64,000 bases of DNA from an uncultured Verrucomicrobiae bacterium (GTDB lineage: Bacteria; Verrucomicrobiota; Verrucomicrobiia; Limisphaerales; Palsa-1400), in contig CAVXRD010000002.1 in NCBI GenBank assembly GCA_963764165.1, positions 3,104,001-3,168,000 on the forward strand, in the 5' to 3' direction. Below the pieces are notes generated by a model. That model was given only the letters and a program-made list of their open reading frames with translations, was not told the origin of the DNA and did no database searches. Made by a program: the position numbers and the translations under genes. Below, piece by piece: positions 29,115 through 39,297 of the stretch; within the stretch, counting starts at the first letter, position 1; every line of letters starts with the position of its first letter.

Positions 29115-30146
29115 ATGCCACAGAAATATAAGTTTTGTTTCGGACCCTGGAACATCAGCGAAGGCACGGATCCTTATGGGCCTCCCACCCGCGCGCCCAA
29201 GACGTTTGATTGGAAGCTGGAGGCGATGAAGAATCTTGGCTTCGATGCCATGATGTTTCACGACGATGATGTCGTTCCTGATATTGACACGAAATCGCCG
29301 AGGCAAATCCTGGCCGAGGCCAAGGAAGTCAAAAAGAAATTATCGGATGCGGGGCTGGTGGCCGAGATGGTGGCGCCGCGCCTTTGGTTTTCGCCCAACA
29401 CGATCGACGGCGCTTACACCAGCAACAATGTGGCCCATCGGCAGTACGCCATCGACCGCTCGCTGCGCTGCATCGAGATTGCCAAGGTGCTCGGCACCGA
29501 TGTGATTGTGCTGTGGCTGGCGCGCGAAGGCACTTACATGCGCGAATCCAAGAGCGGGCGGCAAAGCATCGAACTGCTTGTTTCGGCATTTGACAAAATG
29601 CTGGGCGCGGACAAAAAAATCCGCCTCGCCATCGAGCCGAAACCCAATGAGCCGATGGACCATGCCTATCTTCCGACCATCGGCCACGCGCTGGCGGTGG
29701 CGCATTTGACCCGCGATCCAAAACGCGTGGGCTGCGTGATCGAAAGCGCGCACGCCATTCTGGCAGGGCTTGATCCGGCGGATGAAATTGACTTCGCGAT
29801 GAGCTTCAACAAACTGTGGTCGCTGCATTTGAACGACCAGAACGGATTGAAATTTGACCAGGACAAACCGTTCGGCAGCGCCAATCTTCGCGTCGCGTTC
29901 AACCAGGTTCGCGCGCTCGAACGGAACCACTACGGGAGCGACGGCCAGTTTGTTTGCTTTGATGTGCATCCATTCCGAACGACAAAAGAAGAGCATTGGC
30001 TGGCGCATTTGGACAACAGCCGCAAGACGTTTCTGCGCCTGCTGGAAAAATCGCGAAGCTTCGACGAGAAGCGCGCCAAAGCTTTGATTTCCAACCGCGA
30101 TTACCAGGGGTTGGACCAAATGATGATCGAGCATTTGCTCGGCTAG
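29115..30146 (+). CDS. Xylose-isomerase-like TIM barrel protein
   Basis: FHDDD, W..REG, IEPKPNEP, E.AH and HLNDQNG.KFDQD metal ligands. Confidence 0.88.
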   Translation: MPQKYKFCFGPWNISEGTDPYGPPTRAPKTFDWKLEAMKNLGFDAMMFHDDDVVPDIDTKSPRQILAEAKEVKKKLSDAGLVAEMVAPRLWFSPNTIDGAYTSNNVAHRQYAIDRSLRCIEIAKVLGTDVIVLWLAREGTYMRESKSGRQSIELLVSAFDKMLGADKKIRLAIEPKPNEPMDHAYLPTIGHALAVAHLTRDPKRVGCVIESAHAILAGLDPADEIDFAMSFNKLWSLHLNDQNGLKFDQDKPFGSANLRVAFNQVRALERNHYGSDGQFVCFDVHPFRTTKEEHWLAHLDNSRKTFLRLLEKSRSFDEKRAKALISNRDYQGLDQMMIEHLLG

Positions 30147-30187
30147 CGCAGAGACTCGACGCGCGCCAGAAGGAGCCCGCACGAAGC

Positions 30188-33082
30188 TCAGGGTCCCACC
30201 GAAAGGGCTACGCGGTAATATTCCGGCGAGCCCGCACTGATCGTCTCGGATGCGCTCACAACGCCGCCCGTGCCAGCAATCGCCGAGCCCACATTGGCCC
30301 ATTGCGGATGATTTAGATTCGACGTCACTTGCACCTGATACAAGGCGTTGGCCAAACTGCTCCAGGAAAAGTTGATCGCGCCCGCCGCATGAGTGACCGC
30401 TTCCAAAACCGGCGCGGGAACAGTCTCGACGCTGACGTCGTCCAGCCCAAAAGCCGCAGGCACGTTGTAGAAATCGAACTCCAGCGTGGCGCTGGCCGAG
30501 GTGGCGTGAACAACAAATTGCATATTGGTCCACGCCACGGCGTCCATATTGGTCTGGGCAAAAAGAATAGAACCGTCCCAAATCGCCGCGAAATTGTTCG
30601 GCGTGGTCGATCCGTCGGAAGCGACGCTGGTAAACCAAAACGACACCAGATATTGGCGGCCCGGCGTTGTCGCCACCGTTTGCGAGAGCGATCCTTCCGG
30701 CGGCTCGCCATTCCAGTCAAATTGGCCAAGGTAGCCGCCGTATATTCCACTATGCACAAAGTCCCAATCCGGGACGTCCTGGAGCGCGTTGGTGCCGGCC
30801 ACGTCCACATCGTCGCCAGCCAGCGCGAAGACAAGGGCCGGGTCGCCGTTCAAAGTCCAGTCCGTCAGGTCGCCCGTTTCAAATCCTCCGTTGCCAACGT
30901 ATAAATCAAATTCGCGGTTTTGAACTGTGTCGGAAGTTTGGTCAAGAATGGTGATGTTCCCGCTGGGGCTGCCAATCAACAGATCGTTCGCCGCAGAGCT
31001 GAGGCTCACTGTCACCGTCGACACTCCGCCGGGCTGAAGCGTTCCGGAGGAAGCCGTAACAGCCAGCCAACTGGAAGTATTGACGAGGCTCCAATTCAAA
31101 GGCGAGTCTCCGATGTTTGACAGCGTGAATGCCTGCGACGTGACCGAAAACGGCCCCTGCCCGGGACCGAACGAAGCAAAGCCAATCGGCGGCGTCACGA
31201 GCAGGTTTTCAACTGGCGGGGCCAGGATGGCGTTGATCAGGTTGCTGCCCGTGGGCGAGCCCCAACCCGTGCAGAGATCATAACCCGCCACGGCCGCGAA
31301 CCGGCTCGGATTGCTTGGGGTGTAATTATTCCCTGTCTTTACGTCATGGAAGCAGGCGCTGTATCGGGAGCTTTTGCCAATGGCATAGAGCGCGGGATTC
31401 GCAAAACCCACCCGCGGCTGGCCATTGGCAGCCGCTTGCTGGTTCACCAGGGCCATGAAGCTGGCCCACAACGGTGTGGCCAGGCTCGTGCCCGCCTCGG
31501 GAAGATCAATCGACTCACCGATCAAGTCATTTCCCCAAACAACGTCCACGTTGTTGGCCACCATGGCCACGTCTGGAAGATTTCTCATGGTCGTTGATCC
31601 CTTATTGGCCGTCATGCTGATGCCTTGCTGCCACACGGGCATTGGGTAAGCGAGACTGATGCCGCCTCCGGAAGCAGCCTCAGGAGTGTTCCCGAAAAGC
31701 GGGTCCTGCGACGCGGGAGTAAGCCAGACGGTCTCCGAAGTCCAGGCACCCGAGCTGGACGTCGACAGCGTCGTGCCGCCCACGACAGTAAGGTAGGGAT
31801 CATCCGCCGGTTCGTCGATGGAGGCGGGATAGGCGCCGGAGTCGCCGCTCCCCGTGAACATGCTCTGCCCTTGCACCGCGAATTGCTGGAAAATTTGAAC
31901 GGTCGACAAATTAATATCCATCTCGTACGAGCAGCTAATCTGACTGGCCAGATTGTCGGTGGCTATTTGGTTGAAAACGTCGTTGATCTGGGCGGTCGTC
32001 ACGGGGTCTTGGACGTAATTTGTGCCCAATGGCGCGACATCAAGAGGAGTCGGCCCTTCATAGACCAGCACCCCACTCAGGCCTGGAGCCATCGCGATGG
32101 CCATCTCGATATCGGCGGTGGCTTCGATGGCGTAATCGTAATTGGTGTCATTGCCGTCAAAACCGTCAATGAGCGTGTTTTGCAATGGGACCGACGGCAA
32201 GCCCGCTTCGCCTTCGTAATCGCTGATGTCATCGGGATCGTATCCTGTCAACTCAAACAGAGCCACGTATTGCCCTGTGCCATCGAGCGCAACGCCAGGG
32301 GCGTAGGCGTTCCGAAAATCGTAACCGAGATATGTGTTCTCGCCGCCGTTCCCGGCCGGACCCGACCCGCCACCGCCGAGAATTCGGACATCCGGCTTGG
32401 GCAACGTGATTCCCGCACCGGGCGAGTTTCCAAGCCCGCGCGGTTTGGGAGTTTTGTAATTATCCAATCCGCTGATCGCCAGCACTGGAGTCGCCAAATC
32501 CAGTGATGGTTCCACGTCTGGCGCGAAGAACGTCCGCGCTTCGGTCGGATGCTGATAGACCCGCATCGTCACGTGGAAAGCGTTCTCAATGTCTTCGACT
32601 GATCCGCTCACGTCCAGCAGCGTCCGATTTGGATGGGTGCCCTTCACCACGAGCCCGTGGGATTTGGCAAAATCGATCACTTTCTGGTAATCCTCGGCGC
32701 TCGGGCCAAATGAGGACGCAAATTCATCCGCCGTTAGAAAATGGCGAAAATGAGCGCTGGACGGCTGGGAAAGATCTTCCAGCAAGTTCGTCAATTTGTC
32801 GCCATTGCGAAGCGGCAGGCCTATCGCCAGCTCCAGCCGCCTTCCGCTGTCGAGGCGGTCTACGGGTTGAAGTTGACGGGTTGCTTTCGGAACGTGACCT
32901 TTGAGAACCTGCGGGGCTGCTTGCAATGATGAGGAAATCGAAAACCACATGGCGGCGGCCACGACCAATGCCGCAAGGCGGGGGACCTGGCGTTTTTTGG
33001 GGTGAGTTGCATCGGCGGCGGAGTGCGCCGGAAAAAAGTTGGAACCCGGGTTTCCCAACCAGATAGAAAAACTCCCTTGCAT
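30188..33082 (-). CDS. Secreted S53 (sedolisin/kumamolisin) peptidase with propeptide, BACON-like and CBM-like domains and a C-terminal 'W...YYRV' domain
   Basis: Catalytic EATADIE, SGDSG and GTS.ATP, plus GYDLCTGWGSP. Start uncertain. Confidence 0.9.
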   Translation of the reverse strand: MQGSFSIWLGNPGSNFFPAHSAADATHPKKRQVPRLAALVVAAAMWFSISSSLQAAPQVLKGHVPKATRQLQPVDRLDSGRRLELAIGLPLRNGDKLTNLLEDLSQPSSAHFRHFLTADEFASSFGPSAEDYQKVIDFAKSHGLVVKGTHPNRTLLDVSGSVEDIENAFHVTMRVYQHPTEARTFFAPDVEPSLDLATPVLAISGLDNYKTPKPRGLGNSPGAGITLPKPDVRILGGGGSGPAGNGGENTYLGYDFRNAYAPGVALDGTGQYVALFELTGYDPDDISDYEGEAGLPSVPLQNTLIDGFDGNDTNYDYAIEATADIEMAIAMAPGLSGVLVYEGPTPLDVAPLGTNYVQDPVTTAQINDVFNQIATDNLASQISCSYEMDINLSTVQIFQQFAVQGQSMFTGSGDSGAYPASIDEPADDPYLTVVGGTTLSTSSSGAWTSETVWLTPASQDPLFGNTPEAASGGGISLAYPMPVWQQGISMTANKGSTTMRNLPDVAMVANNVDVVWGNDLIGESIDLPEAGTSLATPLWASFMALVNQQAAANGQPRVGFANPALYAIGKSSRYSACFHDVKTGNNYTPSNPSRFAAVAGYDLCTGWGSPTGSNLINAILAPPVENLLVTPPIGFASFGPGQGPFSVTSQAFTLSNIGDSPLNWSLVNTSSWLAVTASSGTLQPGGVSTVTVSLSSAANDLLIGSPSGNITILDQTSDTVQNREFDLYVGNGGFETGDLTDWTLNGDPALVFALAGDDVDVAGTNALQDVPDWDFVHSGIYGGYLGQFDWNGEPPEGSLSQTVATTPGRQYLVSFWFTSVASDGSTTPNNFAAIWDGSILFAQTNMDAVAWTNMQFVVHATSASATLEFDFYNVPAAFGLDDVSVETVPAPVLEAVTHAAGAINFSWSSLANALYQVQVTSNLNHPQWANVGSAIAGTGGVVSASETISAGSPEYYRVALSVGP

Positions 33083-33324
33083 GATAGCAAGTTTAACAGG
33101 CGCTCCGCCTTGCCGCAAGCGAATACGCATCGGGTCCGCAGAGCCTTGACTGGAGTGAATCCTTCGGATTAAAAACAATAACCCGAAAAACGGAACCGGA
33201 GGAGGGCCAGAGAGCCATCGCGCCCTGGCTTTCCTCAGTTCCAATTTGGGTAACACCTATTTTGAGTCAACCGGAAATAATCCGGCCTCATTTTAGGTAA
33301 CACTTGCTTTTGAGTTACGGCGGT

Positions 33325-33655
33325 GGCGCGAAGGTCAGCTTTTGGCAAGGCTGGCGCGCCGCGCGGAGCCGATGCCAAAGTGTGGGAGACACGTATGGCC
33401 CGGCATAAATATTGATCGGCCCCGGCGTGTTGCCTCTCGATAAAATGTTTCCCGCTGAATAAGCAAAAGAGGCTGGGATGACGGTATCTTTTTTTGTGAA
33501 TCCGCAACAACTACGCTCCTAAAATTGACACGGGGCATTGAAGCCGGACAATGCCCCGTGTCAATTTTTTGAACTAGCATTATTAAGTGCGAGTGGGAGT
33601 CAAATCGGAGCAGAGGGCAGGGGGCGCAAATAAGTTTACAAAATCTGAACTGCGC
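33325..33655 (-). repeat. Dispersed long-stem element, copy 2
   Basis: 20-bp perfect stem 33521-33540/33549-33568; shares GATTTTGTAAACTTATTTGC and other blocks with copy 1. Confidence 0.8.
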
Positions 33656-33707
33656 ACGCCCTATGATGGAACGCGTGCGCCGATCGGTTCCCAGGAAAAT
33701 CAAGGAC

Positions 33708-33739
33708 AAGTTGGTGCCGACGGAGGGGGTCGAACCCAC
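33708..33739 (-). repeat. att site (duplicated tRNA-Leu 3' end)
   Basis: AAGTTGGTGCCGACGGAGGGGGTCGAACCCAC is identical to 41333-41364. Confidence 0.95.
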
Positions 33740-34145
33740 TTCGTGAATTTCGTGAGTCTTCGTAAAAAGCGTGATTTCTCGGGGAATTATGTAGGTAATT
33801 CTCATATTCCCAAAAATGATGACTGTGCAGACTTATGAAGATTTACGAGGAAAATTAGTCAGGAAATGTCAGGAACTCTCTTTCGTGTCTAAAAATTAGG
33901 AATAGGCCGGCGCCGATGGCTGCCTATCTCGCAATCTCCAGGCGATTCTCCGGTATCCAACAGGAGATCGAAATCTTGTAAATCCATCGGCCATCTTTGA
34001 ACAACGACGCAACAACATAACCCTCGCACTCTGGGAACTCTTTGCCTGTGGTGCGAACTTCATTCAGTTCTGAAAAGCGAGCGTCCGTGGAGGCAGTATG
34101 ACGGGTGATTCGCTCGGATTCAATCCAACCTTGGCTCTCCTCCTC

Positions 34146-34919
34146 TTAAATCTCAATCTTTTCAAATTGCTTCTCGAGACTTTTTGTCCACTCAGCATAT
34201 TCCTTTAAATAATCCTCCCAAAGATCATCCTCCGTCTCGTCGGGATGCTTTGCCAAGTTGCTCAGAATTCGCTTTTTGCGCTCATTCGACGCCTTCATTC
34301 TGCCCGCTGGGTCGATCTTGCGTTCGGCAAAAAACTTGGTTACCGTTCTTACCGCCTCCCCGACTTGAGGAACGAAATGTTCCAAATTATAAATTGGGCA
34401 TCGCAATGCCATTAAATTGCCCTCAAAATTAAGCTCGAACCCATATCTGGAGTCCAAATGGTAAGGAGTGTTCGGATTCCAATCTGCCAAAAGTTCCGCG
34501 CCAAGTTGCTTAAGCCAATCGTGGTTAGGAACAGTTGACAACTCAAATTGACATTCGCACCACAATGGCCGTGCACCCTTCAAGTCATCTAGCAGGAAGG
34601 CCAAGCCCTTTTTCTTAATTGCGACATATAGTCCTGCGATGTAGGGGTGAAGCGGGCGGCCATGTCTTGATTCGTATTCGACGTCGCCGATGAGGATCCG
34701 TCCAGAATCGCCCTCAAAATATGGACGATCTCCAATAACCAATCGGTAAACTGCAGTATGGTCTGTCATAACCCCTCTTTCATTCAGAAAATCCGCCACT
34801 TTACGCCAGGAATATCCTTTCTCCCGCAGAGTCAAAATCGTCTTCCGGTGGCCTTGCAATTGAGACCTCGCAGGACTTTCCACGGCATCCTTCAGTATCG
34901 AATCAGTGTTCATATGCAA
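34146..34919 (-). CDS. Hypothetical protein with an N-terminal HTH-like segment
   Basis: 257-aa ORF; LREKGYSWRKVADFLNERGV..DHTAVYR. Confidence 0.7.
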   Translation of the reverse strand: MHMNTDSILKDAVESPARSQLQGHRKTILTLREKGYSWRKVADFLNERGVMTDHTAVYRLVIGDRPYFEGDSGRILIGDVEYESRHGRPLHPYIAGLYVAIKKKGLAFLLDDLKGARPLWCECQFELSTVPNHDWLKQLGAELLADWNPNTPYHLDSRYGFELNFEGNLMALRCPIYNLEHFVPQVGEAVRTVTKFFAERKIDPAGRMKASNERKKRILSNLAKHPDETEDDLWEDYLKEYAEWTKSLEKQFEKIEI

Positions 34920-35034
34920 CTAATTGAACCATTATGCAACAGTTTGCAACACACGCAAGATAAATTTTCGCCGAGTGTCTGATTCAGTCGTGGTTGGTCA
35001 TCCTTTGTCCAACCAGCCTTGATATTCTTCTCAA

Positions 35035-35379
35035 ATGAAAAATATCAAAGAGCCCAAAGAAATCATTCCAATCGGCCTTGACCCCAAACTCTTTCCATCC
35101 GAACGCCTGTTTTACTGGCTCACCAAACCCAGAAACCCCGTCCTGGCCTCCTCCGATCCGCTCACCCTGATGTTTATCCAAGCTTGGTTGACGACCGAGC
35201 CTGTGGAGTTCATTTATTTGGGCGGATCAAAACCAGGCTCATCTCGGAAAATTCAGGTCTCACTGGTGTTTCAGCACGAGGAGGAAGGTCGGATTTACGT
35301 GACTGGCTATTGTGCGGACCGAAAGGCGAATCGTGTGTTTGCGATGGATTTGATCATGACGATTTACGCTTGGAATTGA
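35035..35379 (+). CDS. Stand-alone WYL-domain protein
   Basis: VEFIY.....S.R.I......IYVTGYC..RKANRVF..D.I pattern. Confidence 0.75.
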   Translation: MKNIKEPKEIIPIGLDPKLFPSERLFYWLTKPRNPVLASSDPLTLMFIQAWLTTEPVEFIYLGGSKPGSSRKIQVSLVFQHEEEGRIYVTGYCADRKANRVFAMDLIMTIYAWN

Positions 35380-35542
35380 CGCATGTATCCGATTTTAAGC
35401 CGATAATTCCGCAGGGTTTTCTTCAACGAGATCGCGCCGATTCCGCCCTTGCCCAACATTGGACTCATGTGTATGAAGAGAGTCATGTCGAAATTGAGAA
35501 CAAGCGTGTGATGCCGCCAACAGGTTCCACGCGTAATCCGGC

Positions 35543-35914
35543 ATGAACTGGAAACTCATAGCCAAGCTGTCTGCCATCGGTGCGGGAACTCTGTCTGCCG
35601 GTCCAGCGGGTGCCGCGTTGGGAAGCACAATATCGCATTTGCTGGAGCACACGCCATCTGACCTGGGGAAGGTCGGAGAGATTTTGGAGAACGTGCTCGA
35701 ACATATCGGTGACGCGACCTCGCATGGTGCAAATGGCGGGCCCGTTGTTGACTTGGAAGTGCAGGCTTATAACAATTTATTCAAAGGTGGGCTAACCCTG
35801 TCGCCGTTAAGTAGCGCTGATAGCGGTCAGTTAGACATGCACGATTTTCCTGCCGACCTCGTTACGCTTCCGTCGAATATTGTGCAAAGCCTTAGCCTGT
35901 ATGCGAGGCCATAA
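35543..35914 (+). CDS. Hypothetical protein
   Basis: 123-aa ATG ORF, 21 bp upstream of the next gene. Confidence 0.5.
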   Translation: MNWKLIAKLSAIGAGTLSAGPAGAALGSTISHLLEHTPSDLGKVGEILENVLEHIGDATSHGANGGPVVDLEVQAYNNLFKGGLTLSPLSSADSGQLDMHDFPADLVTLPSNIVQSLSLYARP

Positions 35915-35935
35915 CGCTGCCAGTGTCGTTTTTAT

Positions 35936-36841
35936 ATGAAAATTGCTTATCAATTCTATTTATTTACATTTCTATCTGGATTTTGGGTGAATGCCCAGCC
36001 AGCGCCGGGAGGGACAATTGCGGGCGTCAGACAGACCATAAATTCTGGCGCGTACGTTAGTGTTAGCCAAGAGAATAATCCGTTTTACCACCAAGCGCGT
36101 CCGCCGACAAACGCCCCTTCTACGAAAAATGATCTTCGCAATTATTACCAAGACGTTGATACGCTTCAGGCCTTCAGCTTTAGCGGATTTTGTACGATTA
36201 TGGGTGGAACTGCGTATATGTATAAGCGCAACTGCCATGATTTCGCTTGGGGTCCGTGGATGCTAGACGGACCTCCTATCATTGGTGCAACCTACGCTCA
36301 ACATGAGGCGTGGTGGATGGGCGAACCTAACGACGCTACTTCGTGGCCGTACAAGAATTGGCAAGCAGCAGATGGTAGCTTTAAAGTCGGTGCCATAGGC
36401 ACCAAAGACACGAACGGAGAGTATACATTCTCTCTCGCGAGCCTGCAAGGGTTTATAGGTAATTATATAAATAGTACCGCAACGCCGTTCGCTCCGGCGC
36501 CGCCATTTTATTCATTGCCTAGCCCTCCTAACGCCCTTACAGCTGCATTCCGACCGATTATTCCCCTGCCAGTCTGCCCGTTAACTAATTCGGTTCCGAT
36601 GGCGTCAACCGAATGGCCTGTACATTCAGCGTTGCTTATTGGGTGGATTCCGACGGCTGACAATTCGAACGCGCACGGTGTCTTCGTTTCTAAGTGGGGT
36701 AACATGGGAGTTTATGTTCATCGTTGGGGAGTTACATATTGCGATTCGACCTACTGTAATGCCTCTAACATTTATGTGTTTGTCCCTTGGAAGGGATGGG
36801 GATCACCGCCGCCCTATAATATCGTCGTAACTCCCTGGTGA
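35936..36841 (+). CDS. Secreted protein with papain/NlpC-like Cys-His motifs
   Basis: Signal peptide; NCHDFAW ... HSA ... SKWG..GVY.H. Confidence 0.6.
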   Translation: MKIAYQFYLFTFLSGFWVNAQPAPGGTIAGVRQTINSGAYVSVSQENNPFYHQARPPTNAPSTKNDLRNYYQDVDTLQAFSFSGFCTIMGGTAYMYKRNCHDFAWGPWMLDGPPIIGATYAQHEAWWMGEPNDATSWPYKNWQAADGSFKVGAIGTKDTNGEYTFSLASLQGFIGNYINSTATPFAPAPPFYSLPSPPNALTAAFRPIIPLPVCPLTNSVPMASTEWPVHSALLIGWIPTADNSNAHGVFVSKWGNMGVYVHRWGVTYCDSTYCNASNIYVFVPWKGWGSPPPYNIVVTPW

Positions 36842-37452
36842 TGACCGCGAAAATGTGGTATACGTTTGGTATGTACGCAAGGATCGTTTGTTTATATATA
36901 GTGGCGTTATGTTTTATTTTCAGTGTTGAAGTGCCATTGGGTGCACAAGACGCTAAGAGAGCGGTAACAAATGCGTACGGATTTGCGATTTACATCGGTG
37001 ATGGGGTCGCCGGAAGAGGAGACGAAGTGCTTCCCGACGTTAAGTTGATGATCCCGATTTTGTGCGATAAAGATTTTGTTTCGATCCAAACTAATGGACA
37101 CGGCTTTGTCATTACGCGCAATGCAGTGCGAAAGTTGCTTGAAGAATTGCAGCGCCCTTTCACTTTTAAAAGACCCGACGAGCTTGTTTGGCCAGATACA
37201 CCGTTTATTCTGGCGGTCGATGGAGAAGCCGTATACAAGGGGGTTTTTACCTCTTTACGGTCGAGCGCTAATTTTCATATACCGAGACTAATGGTTATAG
37301 ACCGCAGGCTGGAGTTGGGCGGAACTAATAGCGTGGAGTTTTATATTGAGGGGCCCGAAAAGTCATGTGGGGATGAGCGGATTGTCAGGAAGGCGAGGCA
37401 ATTGGCGTTGCGTTTAGGCGATGTTGTTAAGACTCCCGGGCACGGGCCATGA
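36838..37452 (+). CDS. Secreted hypothetical protein
   Basis: Overlaps the previous stop (GTGA); signal peptide; PFILAVDGE.VY.G motif. Confidence 0.6.
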   Translation: MMTAKMWYTFGMYARIVCLYIVALCFIFSVEVPLGAQDAKRAVTNAYGFAIYIGDGVAGRGDEVLPDVKLMIPILCDKDFVSIQTNGHGFVITRNAVRKLLEELQRPFTFKRPDELVWPDTPFILAVDGEAVYKGVFTSLRSSANFHIPRLMVIDRRLELGGTNSVEFYIEGPEKSCGDERIVRKARQLALRLGDVVKTPGHGP

Positions 37453-37793
37453 TTCATAATCAGTAGAGACGTCAAACTCAATTTACGCGGCGGTACTCAT
37501 TTGGGTGTTGATTTTGCCCGTGAGTGATGTTGCTTAAGTTTAAGATTTATCTCCGCCGTTTCCAAATATAGAGACCAATCGCGCTCCTCGTCCAAGAACG
37601 TGCAATCAGCCAGACCGAGGCCACCCACATTCGCGCAGTGCACAGGCAGATGCTTGAAGAAGAAGTCCAGATTGCATGTCCCGGCGTTGGTAAAAGCCCA
37701 ATTATAACCTTCGCACGTGGACTAGCCGACGTTTACATCAAAAGGCCAGGATTCGATGGTGGACATGGTTTTCGTGACCACAAAAGACCGCGA

Positions 37794-38318
37794 TCATCTC
37801 TTTCCCTGCCGGTATGCCGGGACGAAGCCTTTGATTCTCAAAGCTTGGCGCTTTCTCGTTACTGACATCACGCTGCGACCTAGGCATAGGGAGATGATTC
37901 GATCCGCGTCTGTGCCAAGAATTCTGACTTCTGAATCCCTCCACGGACTTTTCTTGAGCGGGGCGCGCAGCCGAATACCCAAGGAATGTCTCCTCGCTCG
38001 GATACTCTTGGATGTTCGCTTGATGATTCGCGCCAGCTCAGTTGTCGAGAGCTTCGAGAGCAGTTTTTCTTCTTCAGGAATCCACGGGTCCGATTTGGTC
38101 GCCTTTGGAAATTTCCCAGTTCTCAAATAACGCTGGCGGCGAGCCTCAAACCGCTCCTTCCACCCAGCTTTCATCGCAGCGAAGAGGTGTTTTTTATGCG
38201 GTTTGGAGAGCACTTTGCCTTGCATCGCGGCCGATTGCTTAGCCCGGCTTTCAGGGCGTTTAGCCAATTCCACTCCAAGCTCGACCAGCCTATGTGCTCC
38301 GGCGCTCCTCCCCTTCAA
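37794..38318 (-). CDS. Hypothetical protein with two Myb/SANT-like 'PW...E..LL' repeats (possibly truncated)
   Basis: PWIPEEEKLL...LARIIKRT..SIRARR and PWRDSEVRILG....LGRS..SV..KR. Confidence 0.6.
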   Translation of the reverse strand: MKGRSAGAHRLVELGVELAKRPESRAKQSAAMQGKVLSKPHKKHLFAAMKAGWKERFEARRQRYLRTGKFPKATKSDPWIPEEEKLLSKLSTTELARIIKRTSKSIRARRHSLGIRLRAPLKKSPWRDSEVRILGTDADRIISLCLGRSVMSVTRKRQALRIKGFVPAYRQGKR

Positions 38319-38368
38319 ACCAAGCGCCCTTCGCCAATTAGTGATCGTGCTGTGCGATACACCCCAAT

Positions 38369-38524
38369 GATAAGCGATGGCGGTGGCTGCTTCAGACCAC
38401 GCGCACCGTTGACGCTTGGATGGCTGCGGGAAAATTACCGTATTTCAAGATTGGTCGTTCCGTCCTGTTTGATTGGACCGATGTTCAGCGCCATCTGAAC
38501 GAATACTTCCACGTCTCTCGATAA
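38369..38524 (+). pseudogene. Excisionase-like HTH remnant (not in the ORF track)
   Basis: Translates DKRWRWLLQTTRTVDAWMAAGKLPYFKIGRSVLFDWTDVQRHL; no in-frame ATG/GTG upstream of the HTH. Confidence 0.65.
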
Positions 38525-38827
38525 TCAAAAATGAAAGCCACGATCTCGATCAAAAGTATGCTGCGTTTCATATCAATCGGCTTTTTCGCGTTGGTTGGTT
38601 TTGGGGGAATCCAATGGCGGACGCCGGATGACCCAATTGCAGACAAGGAATTCGCCAGGCCTTCGTCATTACACAAGGCGGCCATCCAAGGCCGTGCGAT
38701 GCCGTCTGCGGAACACGGGACCACTAACACCAGCCGTATCCACAATTTCAGTTCAACGCCGATCAACAGCAGGAGCGGCGACGCTGGGGCTCCTGCATCT
38801 AACAAAATACAACAGAAAGGAAAAGAC

Positions 38828-39148
38828 ATGTTGTTCCAGTCAACAAAAACAACTGGGCGCCTGCCGCCGCCGGATACGTATCTGGCGGGCTTTCAGCAGG
38901 TCAAATCGAAAAACGAAGGCAAAAAACTCGCACTGGGATTCAAGCTCGATGCGTTCGACGACTTGGTTGTCAAGGACGTGATGGCGTCCTTAGACACCGG
39001 TCCTCTTCGCGCCGATCTTGAAACAATTCAGGGTCGTCCATTCAGTGACCAGGAAGCCAAAGCAGGCGTCGACCCAGAAAAACTCCTCGGCAAAAAGTGC
39101 AGGGTTGTCGTTATTCGCAAGCGCGCGTCGGGTGGCAGGGAGGTTTGA
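38828..39148 (+). CDS. Hypothetical phage/ICE-type protein (possible DUF669/SSB-like fold)
   Basis: RBS AGAAAGG then MLFQ...PPPDTY.A ... LLGKKCRVVV. Confidence 0.5.
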   Translation: MLFQSTKTTGRLPPPDTYLAGFQQVKSKNEGKKLALGFKLDAFDDLVVKDVMASLDTGPLRADLETIQGRPFSDQEAKAGVDPEKLLGKKCRVVVIRKRASGGREV

Positions 39149-39297
39149 GTGGTGAGGCGGGCAAACCTCAAGCATTATCATCTTCCCCTGGTTCTAAACC
39201 AGAAACACCGAATGTCGGACAGCCTACAACCCATATTGGAGCACCGCGACTTGGGCCAGAACCAGGCGAAACTGTGGCTATCGGACGGCGCAGAAAA

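Noticed and set aside
29340..30638. 432-aa minus-strand ORF and similar long alternative-frame ORFs throughout the window
   Set aside because: They overlap well-supported genes, as expected in GC-rich DNA, and show no recognisable motifs.
33083..33256. Extended N-terminus of the S53 ORF
   Set aside because: Low-plausibility sequence upstream of the signal-peptide region; probably non-coding.
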